A stretch of DNA of 41,061 bases from Alloascoidea hylecoeti. Its lineage: Eukaryota. Shown here piece by piece: positions 1-10,304 of this stretch. Location: contig BCKZ01000001.1 of assembly GCA_001600815.1 (NCBI GenBank), positions 1,098,613 through 1,139,673 on the forward strand, given 5' to 3'. Numbering within the stretch: position 1 is the first letter of the stretch; every line of letters starts with the position of its first letter. A program made the translations under genes and the position numbers. The notes under the pieces are model-generated. The model did no database searches and was not told the origin of the DNA. It saw nothing but the letters and a program-made list of their open reading frames with translations.

Positions 1-2052
1 TCAACTCCATTATCATTTGGTGCCTTTAATATATATTGGTAAAGTTCGTATTTCACAAGTATCACACATTTGTTGTTTACTACATACTGGGTAGGAGTGG
101 CAGTTAACAGTTAATGCAATAAACTATGAGTTTACTTATACTTCATGGAAGCCCAAACTATTTTGTGTTCTCTCAACGACCAGTTGCGACTTTTTAGTTA
201 AGGTTGTAATAAATGACGACAAAACTAAGGCTGAGCAATTCCATAGACTACCATGCCATTACCGGTAAATTATATTTTCCCTCAGCCTCCCAACAACCAA
301 TCGAATCCTAAATATTATCGAGCTGAAATGATAAATATTTGCCAATGTGCAATTAAAATTTGGTGCTTTAAGAATTATCTTCTTTATAATAAATATATAC
401 TAACATCTTATAATGAGACTAGGAACTAATACTCAGCTTATCATAATAAATTCTATAGAATTCTTCCCCCAACTAGGATCTTAAATGCTGATGGATGAGT
501 TATAATACATTGTGGAACCAACAAATTAACGGTTTTGCCCTATACTTTTTTAACCTTTCATAAATCCTAGGAAATTACACTTAAACTCTCAAATTCTATA
601 TTCTTTTTTATTGTACTCTTCAATTAAAGTTCTTTTCTTTGATTCACCGCGAAAATAAGATATAAATGTATAAATATATATTAGATATGTTTTGCTTGAA
701 ACTTATATGATACAATTGAAAAGCATTTTGATATTATTCCCTAATCAATGTCAATTTCAAGAAAAAGAATTTAGAGAGTGGTGGTGAATTTGCAATACAT
801 ATATAATATTATATTTGTCTTATTTTCATATAGGCCATTCTTTTTTATATATTTTCTTATCTTTATTTATTATCATATAGAAGAACCTAAGGACATTTTT
901 CTAACATTATAATCGTGGTGCATCCATCAAACAAACCAAATGTTTTTAATTTGTACTACATTTTTGGATTTTTATTTGAGTATATCATCTATGTAGCGTA
1001 TTCCGGTCATATCCTTGAATGTTTTTTGTAAGTTTTCTTTATTTCACTCCACGATTAGTTGCGGCCTTCCTGTCGTAAATTTTGGTGTTCTTTAATCAAA
1101 TTTAAGGAACTATTAAGTTCAGATCCAAATGAATATGCATATCAATACATTTAAGACTATATATCAATTATAATCAGAAAATATCGATCAACGGTCTAAG
1201 AACGTGAACTTGATTTATTTCTCATTAATCTGTTAAAACAATTTAATTTTGGACGTATATTCATATCTCTTCATGAAAAGTAATGAATAGTCTGTATTGA
1301 AATCATAAGTATTCATTAAAAATTATCATTAATATTTTTATCTTGAAAAATCAACATCAAAAATTTTAGATCCACACAAAAATGGCAATTTTACCTAACG
1401 TCCCAGATTCAGTGCCATGGCAATAAAGAGAATAAATATGATCATATCCTTAAAGATATCAAAATACTTAGTTCTTATTTTTTTTCTCAAGAGACCCATT
1501 AAGATCTATATTAGACAATAAAGGAACCGAGGGGGATTAACAGAACGAGCAGTCCAAAACTGTTACATTTCAACCATGAATTACACAACCACTACCTCAT
1601 ATAAATTATTAAAAACAGTATTACTAAAATCTACTTAATTTCGCAATTCAGATAATATATTTTTGCTTTGTAAATGTAGTTGTAATTTGAGTGTTCTTCT
1701 ACGATTTAGCGTATTGAGCTAAGGGACACCAGCACCAATCTTTAAATGTAATCTCAAGCAAGCCATGATTAGCTGAAAAGTGCCATATGGGCAAGTATGA
1801 TACCTCTAAGTTCACAGAATAGTCTAATGTCTCTTTAATGCAAGCGCCCTGGTGAAGAACAAGGATTTATGAGGCTTAAAAATTTGTAGGATCAATCCCA
1901 AAATGCGAAAAAAGTTGTAACTCAAAAGTTCTTCCTCTTTTTACATCCTCCAACTTATTACCAGTGAATGAAATAGCATGTACAAGTGCTATAAAGAAAG
2001 AGAAGAAGAAGTAAACAAGATCATACACTCGTTGAAAAAGAAAACAAGCAGG

Positions 2053-2467
2053 TGTCATATGTGAAAATTGCCAAAACTAATGGGGCTGTTTCTGTTAATC
2101 CTCCTCGGATCCTTAGACTCACGGTATATGTACTTGGGTACTAATTGTTTAACTAAAAAAACCTTAATAACTAGGGAACCGTATTGCGAGCTTTTGCGAG
2201 CTTTTGCGAGCTTTTGCGAGCCTTTTTTTTTTTTTTTTTTCTCCAAGTGGCCATTAAGGCTCTATATTAAACTGCTTTACTATATTCATAACAACCAAAA
2301 ATTTGTGAAAATAAAAAGACCTATTACTAGGCAAAAATACCTCTTACTAATGTTAGAGGTTCACTCTTTTTTGAGTAATGTTGTTACTTTTTTAATATTA
2401 TTTATTATTGTCACCATTTCCAACTTCTTACTCAATTAATACGAGTAAAGGATGTCAATTGTATACA
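2053..2467. mobile_element. Putative LTR, family A copy 1 (415 bp, TG...CA)
   Basis: Starts TGTCATATGTGAAA and ends TCAATTGTATACA; both termini recur at 37275..37702. Internal blocks AGACTCAC, GCTTTTGYGAGCT and AACTGCTT are shared in the same order. A purine-rich tract (GAAAAAGAAAACAAGCAGG, PPT-like) precedes it. No matching TSD. Confidence 0.5.
2184..2240. repeat. 10-bp tandem repeat (CTTTTGCGAG), about 3.7 copies, followed by T18
   Basis: Read directly: ttgcgag cttttgcgag cttttgcgag cttttgcgag cc + poly-T. Confidence 0.9.
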
Positions 2468-2476
2468 TCTTTNNTA

Positions 2477-3077
2477 TTTTTTTTTTTTTTTTTTTTGTCC
2501 ATAGCACCTAAATGATTCAGAACAAAGCTTTGTGGAGTCCCTTTCAATCATTTTACTTCATTGAGATACTGATAAACTATTCTCCTGTTGATAGTATCTT
2601 CTGTGATATTTTCTAATCAAAAAAAACGGTTACTGCTCTTAATATTAATTCTTTTCTTTCCTTATGATTAAAGTCAAAGAAAGATTTGACTTCAATTTCT
2701 TTTTCATTTAATTCTATCACTTTTTGGTTATAGGACCATATTTTCTTTGTAATTTCACATGTAGAGAATACATGCTCAAAGGATAATTCAAATTTATCAC
2801 AGCAAGGACACCTTTTGTCTTTGAGGTTGTTGTAAAAATGTAAAAATGAACCACTGCAGAATATTTGATAATCATTTATAACGTTTGATAGATAAAGGTT
2901 GTTTTTATGGATTATTTTCCATAGCAAACCCCATTTATTGACACCAATTTTGTAGGTTTTTTTCAATTCATATGGTACTGATACTTTTTGATTATTTGCT
3001 TTGAAGAAACTTTTACAAATGCTCCTCCAACTGAATTTGTCGGGCCTTTCAGGTTTTACGTTCAAAATGTAACAAAA
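2477..3077 (-). mobile_element. 5'-truncated non-LTR retrotransposon (L1 clade, Zorro/Ylli-like): ORF2 C-terminal zinc knuckle plus poly(A) tail
   Basis: ORF 2613..3065 contains CPCC-x6-EHVFSTC-x5-IW, the CCHC zf-RVT motif of L1/Tx1 ORF2 C-termini, preceded by LLWKIIHKNNLY. There is no ATG, RT or endonuclease domain. A20 tail at 2477-2496 on the minus strand. Removing one T from the T8 run at 2619-2626 continues the frame (LIRKYHRRYYQQ...). Confidence 0.8.
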
Positions 3078-3084
3078 TTATGCC

Positions 3085-3089
3085 AAAAA
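3085..3089 (-). terminator. Pol III terminator (T5) of tRNA-iMet
   Basis: AAAAA on the + strand, 2 nt past the tRNA 3' end. Confidence 0.75.
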
Positions 3090-3091
3090 GT

Positions 3092-3163
3092 TAGCGGCGC
3101 TCGGTTTCGATCCGAGGACATCAGGGTTATGAGCCCTGCGCGCTTCCGCTGCGCCACGCCGCT
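3092..3163 (-). tRNA. IMT: Initiator tRNA-Met (CAT), intronless, 72 nt
   Basis: Reverse complement AGCGGCGTGGCGCAGCGGAAGCGCGCAGGGCTCATAACCCTGATGTCCTCGGATCGAAACCGAGCGCCGCTA. Shows the A1-U72 pair, GGG/CCC anticodon stem and GATCGAAAC T-loop that mark eukaryotic initiator tRNAs. Confidence 0.98.
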
Positions 3164-3176
3164 GTTCTATTGATGG

Positions 3177-3558
3177 TGTAAAGTAAGCTACTAATCCCTT
3201 AATAGCTTACAATAGATGTAACTGGCGGAATCAGATACAGACGACGATCAAGATCTAACCAGGAAAATTTTATTAAAGCTAACCTCCTCCCCTTTAAAGT
3301 GGGATTTATCTTACGTTTATATAGATAAATCCAAAAGCTATTAATAGGAAAAATCCTAGAAGTAATAAACATAATAAGATATTAAATGTTGCGGTAAGAA
3401 TGAAATACAATTGTATATATCCACGAACTGGCTAGTTCAAGAACTGTGGAATGTTTTTCAGGAACCAATATAAAATGCATCCAAGAAATGTTAAATGTAC
3501 TAGCGAAATGATAACCAAAGGAACAAAATAATGACGATGTCATGATTGTTCCTTTACA
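3177..3558. mobile_element. Putative solo LTR, family B (382 bp), upstream of tRNA-iMet
   Basis: Termini TGTAAAGTAA ... TTCCTTTACA form a 9/10 inverted repeat with TG...CA ends. Flanks GATGG and GACAG could be a decayed 5-bp TSD. It starts 13 bp from the tRNA mature 5' end. Confidence 0.45.
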
Positions 3559-3737
3559 GACAGTTGGAAGGTTATATTTATGATATTACTACCCTTAATT
3601 CTGTGTCAAGAATACACAAAAATAAGAAGAATAGAAAGAGGAGTTTTTATTTCACTATATATAGTAGAGATTTCCTCAGAAGTTACATAGTTTCTAGTTA
3701 TATGAAAAGTTAAAAAAAAAAAACTCTTAATTAAGCT

Positions 3738-3768
3738 TGAGACCCAGGTTCAATTCTGACTCGCGGCA
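3738..3768 (+). pseudogene. tRNA 3'-half relic, resembling tRNA-His
   Basis: TGAGACCCAGGTTCAATTCTGACTCGCGGCA has a B-box-like GGTTCAATTC and a ...GGCA end, similar to recalled fungal tRNA-His 3' halves. T-stem is broken and no 5' half is visible. Confidence 0.45.
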
Positions 3769-4515
3769 GAATAATTTGGAATTTATTGACATTTAGAGAA
3801 TTTTAGACTGTCATCTGAGAAGCCATCACTAGACGTACTTACGGTGATAACATCTGAGGGGTTTTAGTGCATAGTTCCGGAGGTCCTGGATTTCTCTAGA
3901 AGGGTTAGTCACCACACTGTTGTCTCAAGTACATAGTGAGACTTCATCCATATTCCCACATATAAGCTTAAATGGCATTGGAATTTGGGATATTCAACGA
4001 GAATCGCACGCCAAAAGATGGTGAATTCAAATGCAAAAGAATGTACCTGTTTGATCTTAACAATTGTTTAACTTTAGAATCGTTTCAATATTAATTAATT
4101 AATATTAGTTTTGTCTGCAGATCGGTCCTATTGATTTCCTGCATATTAATATATTGGTTGTTTTGTCTTCATATCGCGATCGGACCATATCATAGTTCCT
4201 CTAGATCTACTGTGGGGTCAGCTGGTTCCAGCAGCCATATATATTGTATGATAATAAATCTGAGGTATTGTATAAAATATCAGCAATTATTTATATATTG
4301 TCACTCTCAAGTTTATAATTAATTAAGGGATTTAGGGCCCATAATTATATGTAAGATATAATGGAGTGGGCGGCTAAAATATCCCTGCTTTCGAAAGATC
4401 CGGCAAGTTGCACATAATAAGACGCGCCGTTTTATGCGATGACCTAAGGCTCATTAATTATTCCGCTCCTAACTAAATTTATGTTAATTACCTCGCCGAT
4501 GAGATGGCGCGAGGA

Positions 4516-4551
4516 AACAATACATCGGGGCGGGTGAACAATACATCGGGG
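4516..4551. repeat. 15-bp direct repeat AACAATACATCGGGG x2 upstream of the permease
   Basis: Exact copies at 4516-4530 and 4537-4551. Confidence 0.85.
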
Positions 4552-5192
4552 ACAAACATCTTTCTCCGGAGTCTTCACCACTTTTGAGCCACAGCTATAC
4601 CAACAAAGTTTTAGCCTTTTCCTGATTTAGCACTTCATATATAACCTATAAAATAACCAAGTAAATACGTAACAAGATAAGAGCCTGCTACAAAAGCAAT
4701 GATTAGGCAAATGAGTAACTCGGAAAGCACAATAACAAAAGCACATTTGTAAATATCATCTTCGATTCATCAATCTTGCTTAAGCTTTATTATATATATT
4801 GCATCTCAAATGGTATAAATAAAGCTTAATCCATGTATTAGAGTATTATATATTACCGAAAGATACTTCATCCCCACGAAATCTCCAAATTACCGATTTC
4901 ATAATATAAGAATTTATGCAGTTAAATCAGTGTCAGATACAACTTGAATAGCGATAATTAATAATGAACTGTGTCATGCGAACCACGGAAATATACATAC
5001 CCTATCTTTTCTTCTTCAATTATTATATATGGCACAAATATTAATTATATCATTAATAAAAAACTTTTTCATATGAGACTCTCAAAAAATATATAAAGCG
5101 ATCAATGGTGCTATTTTCAAATTTCCCCACTCATCAATTATATACTAATATCAAATATATAGTAAAGTCCAATAGTTTACTTAAATTCAGAG

Positions 5193-6824
5193 ATGGAGGC
5201 TACAAAATCAAATGAACCATCAAATATAAAGACGGTGGAGTCTGGTTATAGCTCACAGTCAGAACCTACAGCCGCACTTGGAGAAGCTTTTGAAAAAAAA
5301 GCTATCCCTGAACTTGACGAAACAATTGACGATGATGTTTTGGCAGATATTGGCTATCGTCCTGAACTACGAAGACATTTTTCAACTATCCAAGTTTTTG
5401 GTGTTGCATTTTCTATTATGGGATTACTCCCAAGTATTTCATCCACAATGTCTTTAGCTATGGCCGGCGGCCCTGCAGGTATGGTATGGGGTTGGTTTAT
5501 GGGGGGCATGCTAATCTTAACTACCGGAGCTTCTATGGCTGAATTAGCCTCATCAATGCCAACAAGTGGTGGATTATATTACTGGAGTTACTTTTATGCC
5601 CCCCAGAAAGTGAAAGTTCCTTTATCTTTCTTGGTCGGTATTTCTAATACCGTTGGACTAACCAGTGGTCTTTGCTCTATTGATTATGGTCTTGCTAACC
5701 AGATCCTTGCTGCCGCAGTTTTGGGAAGTAATGATAGCTTTACAATTACTAGACCATACGTTTATTGCGTCTATATTGGTTGTGTTATTGCACATATTAT
5801 TGTTACTTCAGTAGCTTCAGCTTTTGTCTCAAGATTACAAACTACTTCTATTGTCGCCAACGTTGGGTTGATTCTTTTGTTTCTTATCGCTCTACCAGCA
5901 GGAACCGGGGCTGGAAATTTCAATGATAGAAAGTTCATCTTTGGGGAGCTAGATACATTTAATGGGTGGTCTCAAGGTTGGCAGTTCATGCTGTGCTTAA
6001 TGCCCGCCATTTGGACAATTTGTGGATTTGATTCTTGTGTTTATATGTCAGAAGAGGCTAAAAATGCTGCGAGGTCTGTTCCGATTGGCATTGTTTGTTC
6101 AATCTTTGTCGTTTGGCTCTTAGGATTTGCTGTTATGATTGTTATTGCTGCTTGTATGAACACAGATGTTTCCGCTGTTCTTAATGGAAATCTTAATCAG
6201 CCATTTGCCCAAGTAATTTATGATAGATTGGGGAAAAAATGGGCATTGGGTATTTTATCTTATTGCATTGTTGCTCAATTTCTTATGGGCGCTTCAATAC
6301 TTACCGGCGGTTCTAGGCAAATATGGGCATTTTCAAGAGACAACGGTTTGCCATTTTCATCGTGGATAAAGGTTGTTAACAAAAATTTGAAAGTACCATT
6401 ACATGCTATTCAATTTGAAGGTTTTTTTGCTTTAATTATTGGCTTACTCTGTCTAATTAATGCTACGGCTGCAGATGCTGTATTTTCTTTAGTTATTGCA
6501 AACAATTATTTTGCTTGGGGTGCACCAATCTTCCTAAGACGTGTTTTTGCAACATCATCATTTATTCCAGGTCCGTTTTCAATGGGTAAGATTTTGTCTC
6601 CTATTATTAATTGGATTACAATTATATGGATGTCATTTATAATAATATTAGTTATGTTCCCTTCAGGAAAATCAGTTGATAAAACAACCATGAATTATAC
6701 TGTTGTGATTAGTGCTGCAGTTTGGATTTTTGCTGGTTTGTATTACAAGCTACGTGCTCATAAGGTATTCCATGGTCCCATTAAGACAGTCTTGGAAGAC
6801 CCAGCGGATGCTATTGAAGCTTGA
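5193..6824 (+). CDS. UGA4: GABA/polyamine permease (APC superfamily, amino acid/choline transporter family), 543 aa
   Basis: Motifs IGYRPELRRHFSTIQVFGVAFSIMGLLPSI, ELASSMPTSGGLYYW, FDSCVYMSEEAKNA, SRQIWAFSRDNGLP, PGPF and TMNYT; about 12 hydrophobic segments. Confidence 0.88.
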   Translation: MEATKSNEPSNIKTVESGYSSQSEPTAALGEAFEKKAIPELDETIDDDVLADIGYRPELRRHFSTIQVFGVAFSIMGLLPSISSTMSLAMAGGPAGMVWGWFMGGMLILTTGASMAELASSMPTSGGLYYWSYFYAPQKVKVPLSFLVGISNTVGLTSGLCSIDYGLANQILAAAVLGSNDSFTITRPYVYCVYIGCVIAHIIVTSVASAFVSRLQTTSIVANVGLILLFLIALPAGTGAGNFNDRKFIFGELDTFNGWSQGWQFMLCLMPAIWTICGFDSCVYMSEEAKNAARSVPIGIVCSIFVVWLLGFAVMIVIAACMNTDVSAVLNGNLNQPFAQVIYDRLGKKWALGILSYCIVAQFLMGASILTGGSRQIWAFSRDNGLPFSSWIKVVNKNLKVPLHAIQFEGFFALIIGLLCLINATAADAVFSLVIANNYFAWGAPIFLRRVFATSSFIPGPFSMGKILSPIINWITIIWMSFIIILVMFPSGKSVDKTTMNYTVVISAAVWIFAGLYYKLRAHKVFHGPIKTVLEDPADAIEA

Positions 6825-8269
6825 GGAGTATAGGGAAGAAATTTTATTAAAAAAAGTTTCACACGATTATGATTTGTCTTTCGAAAAGTATATTTATTTT
6901 TATATTATTTATCAACTTATAATAGTAATAATTTTAGCTTTCAATTATTGAAAACAATGTAATGTTGTAATTAATTGAGAAGAACCTCAATTTAGAGTTA
7001 TATATTTATTTTTATTATAGTATAAGTATCGTAACGACCGTAAACACATAACTAAAACCTATTTTTAAATTAAACAAATTAAATGTATTTATTGCCTATA
7101 TAAAGGTACCCATCTCAGGTGAGATAAAAGAAAACCTGTTTTTTTAAAGATTATATGGTCATTAAAATGAACAATTTTTAGGAAAATCAACGCTCCTCGC
7201 AGAAAATGTAACCACACCACCAAAATCACTTCAATGATATATTAAAGATAGCAAAGGATAAGTGGCAAATATATCTATATCCTATCGTTTTCAAATTAAT
7301 TTTTGCACTCCTCTATCAAATTATATTCTCCTATTTTTTTTTAACTACGATCAATTGCGCAATTGCAGCAAAACAACAATAAAGCCTAAGTGTACCTAAT
7401 CTAGATGAGTGCATGAATATATATAATGACCTATTTCCCCATTCCGTAGTATGCACAGTTGTATGCATATTGTGTGGAGAACATAATTTCGTGGGAGAAA
7501 AAGTTTATTATGATTTTCTAAACTCTAGGTTGTTACGAAGTTTACCCTATATAACGGCGACTAGTAGTAGCAGTATGGTGAATTAAAATTTATCACTGTT
7601 TGTAATTATGAGTGAAAATTGTAGACAATAAGAATAATAAACAAAGTGACCTAGTGTGGGGTTTGGTATCATTATCCTTTTTAGCTTCAAGATCGTTATC
7701 AATCTCGTTGAACTTGTTACTATCTTTATCAAAATCAGTTTTATTATGTATACATACATATCTATTAATATATTTAGGTTTGCTACAGATATCCTGATAT
7801 TGAATGTTGATAGATTCAAATTTGTTCTCAAAGATTTCAAGTATCCATTTAAGGACCTAAGCTATTAGCTGTGTTTCTTGATGTATTTGATTTATTGTCT
7901 CCCATTTTATTATTATCTTATCTACGTTAACAGATTGCTTTAGTTCGTAAATTAGTTATAAGTAAATATTGATAATTGTATTAAAAGGTATTAAAGAAGA
8001 AAAGGTATTTATTTATACCACAATTTTGTAAATGAGGCATTGCCTTGTTATTTTATTTGAAGCTAAAATAGAGAAATTCTATTTGATACGAATATGGACC
8101 TATATCTAGATCTAGAGAGCTACATTGTTTGTTGAATTATGATGTAAGTAATTTAGTAATAGTAGACAAATTTACATTATAATTTCACGAACTTATTATT
8201 AAATCATGAAAGAGTCTATTTTATGTATACTATATGTAAAATAAAAATTTATTGCTATTATTTAGCATT

Positions 8270-10282
8270 TTATTTCTTTTCCACATTGGTTGGTTTACCC
8301 TTATTCATGTTTCCCTTCTGTTTTTTTAATTTCTTTCGGTCCTTCTGATGTTTTCCCCTGCCAGGATTTTGCTTTTGGGGTTGTTTGCTGTCTGTACCAT
8401 CATCTTGTTCCGACCGTTTTCTCTTTAAATCTTGGCCTTTACTTTTTGCTATAAATGCCTTTTCTCGCTGCGTCTTAACAACCTGAGAATTTTCAATTGC
8501 AAATTCTACAATTAAACGTCTTCTCTTAGCAGCTTCTATAGGCGGGAGTTGTTTGATTTCCTCTTCAGTTAATTCAACTTTAATCTCTTCAGGGGTGACT
8601 TCATGACAATTAAGCCATCTGAGTCCCATAAGTGCGGCTTTATGATCTCTAAATTCCACAAAACCAAAACCTCTGCTCCTTCCTAATTCACCCGACTCTT
8701 TTTTCTCTAATACAACTTTTGCTTGTTTAACAACACCCATGTTCTTCCTTTTTTTCTTGTTATCATCAGGCTTAAATCCGTTCACTTCATCTTTATGTTT
8801 AACCGACCGTATCACTTCTTCCTTACTTAATTTTTGTCTTTTCTTTTCTACAACTTCCTTTGCAAATTCAACTATAGCCTTTCTTGATAAGGCTTTTAAA
8901 GCTTTTTCTGATAAGGCCCTTGGTAAATTTCTAATGGCTAGTCTTGTTAGACTTATATAAAGTGCCGGATTGTTCTTTAGTTGTTGTATCCTCAGTTTAT
9001 GGCTTTCTTCTCTATGATTTAACTCTTCATTTGTTAATAAAGAGGCTAGTTTTGAATTGTTTGTAATTCTCCCTTCATTTAACAGATACAAATTTCTTTT
9101 ATCTTTTTCATCTGGTGATTTACCTAATATATCCTTTCTCTTTTCACTACTAATTTCGGATAATTTATTAGCTGTTTCTCTATTAACTGCTCTTGAAACT
9201 GATAAGATTCTACCTTCAAAAACATAACCAATTGGGACATCATCAGCCATTAATAAAGATGTAGAATTTGTGGTTGGGGCATTACTTATACAATTTTCAA
9301 AAGTGTCCTTATTTTTAAAAGAAACAAAAGCTGTTCCTTTTGGAATACCATCTTGCCCCTTTACTGATAATGCATATCTACAAGGCCCAAAATGTTCCTC
9401 AAAATGTTCGAATAATGCTTCATCAGTCGCATCATATGGTATATTCCTTATGAATATTGAGTATTCTTCACGCGGTTTCCTCTCTGTCTTATTATATTTT
9501 TTAGGCTTACTTTGTTCTTTTTCATCAGTAGCATCATCAGATTCGTATTCCGATTTAGAATCAGTCATATCTTCATCGTCATCGTCATCGTTATCGTCAT
9601 TATCATCTTCACCTTCATCTTCATCTTCACTTAATTCTGCATCATCTTTAGACACTGGTACCTCTTCAGTTTGTATCTGTAACCACTTATTTTTTTCAAT
9701 GGCAAAATCAACAGCTACTTCTCTGCCATCGATTTTTAATCCTTTAGATTCGCTCACTGCTTTCTGGGCATCATCTTGTTTTCTCATAGTGACAAAAGCA
9801 AACCCTTTCATGATACCATTTTTACCACGAGGTATATAAGCATCCACAACGGGACCAAATTTTGTGAATTGCTTTTTTAATTGGTTTGGATCCCTTACAG
9901 ACCATGGTAAATTTCTGATTATAAGCCTAGGTCTTCTTTTTTCAACTTCCTCATCAGATATTTTATTATTATTAAAATTACCGATAGCCCTTTCACTTGG
10001 AGCTGTTGATTTTCTTTCTCGTTTTCTAGCAAAATCAACTTTTAATAGTCTCTCTTCTATTTTGATTTTCCTTGACTCGAGTAGAGCTTTAGCGGCATCT
10101 TCTTGGGTAGTGAAACTAACAAACCCATAACCACGAGATTGACCTTTATCATCAGCAATATGACAATGCTTAACTGGAACGATTTGGGAGAAAAAGTCAG
10201 ACAACTTTTCTGCAGTAACAGAGAACGGAATCGATCTCACAAATAGAGTTGTCGAAGGAGTTTCATCTTCTTGTGTGGACAT
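8270..10282 (-). CDS. NOP4: Nucleolar 4-RRM 60S biogenesis protein Nop4/RBM28, 670 aa
   Basis: RNP1 motifs RGYGFVSF, KGFAFVTM, KGTAFVSF, RGFGFVEF; acidic linker; DKRNLYLLNEGRI, SLTRLAIRNLP and RLIVEFAIEN. Confidence 0.96.
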   Translation of the reverse strand: MSTQEDETPSTTLFVRSIPFSVTAEKLSDFFSQIVPVKHCHIADDKGQSRGYGFVSFTTQEDAAKALLESRKIKIEERLLKVDFARKRERKSTAPSERAIGNFNNNKISDEEVEKRRPRLIIRNLPWSVRDPNQLKKQFTKFGPVVDAYIPRGKNGIMKGFAFVTMRKQDDAQKAVSESKGLKIDGREVAVDFAIEKNKWLQIQTEEVPVSKDDAELSEDEDEGEDDNDDNDDDDDEDMTDSKSEYESDDATDEKEQSKPKKYNKTERKPREEYSIFIRNIPYDATDEALFEHFEEHFGPCRYALSVKGQDGIPKGTAFVSFKNKDTFENCISNAPTTNSTSLLMADDVPIGYVFEGRILSVSRAVNRETANKLSEISSEKRKDILGKSPDEKDKRNLYLLNEGRITNNSKLASLLTNEELNHREESHKLRIQQLKNNPALYISLTRLAIRNLPRALSEKALKALSRKAIVEFAKEVVEKKRQKLSKEEVIRSVKHKDEVNGFKPDDNKKKRKNMGVVKQAKVVLEKKESGELGRSRGFGFVEFRDHKAALMGLRWLNCHEVTPEEIKVELTEEEIKQLPPIEAAKRRRLIVEFAIENSQVVKTQREKAFIAKSKGQDLKRKRSEQDDGTDSKQPQKQNPGRGKHQKDRKKLKKQKGNMNKGKPTNVEKK

Positions 10283-10304
10283 TTCGTTATAAATTTTGAA
10301 GAAG

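Noticed and set aside
910..1100. Minus-strand TGRPQLI...RKLTK resembling a Tc1 transposase HTH linker, plus TAATCGTGG/CCACGATTA inverted repeat
   Set aside because: Needs a stop and a frameshift, no DDE region is visible, and a 9-bp inverted repeat is within chance.
2068..2439. 123-aa ORF and neighbouring short ORFs at 1876-2246
   Set aside because: They run through the tandem repeat and poly-T; no family motifs; they lie in or beside the putative LTR.
6712..6951. Possible frameshifted C-terminal extension of the permease
   Set aside because: The main ORF already includes the last TM and the HGP motif; the alternative frame runs into AT-rich 3' sequence.
8739..10130. Plus-strand ORFs inside NOP4 (and similar antisense ORFs inside CHL4, PHO89, NUP188, SREBP, NPL6 and YTA12)
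   Set aside because: Shadow frames of real genes with Ser/Phe/Leu-rich mirror composition.
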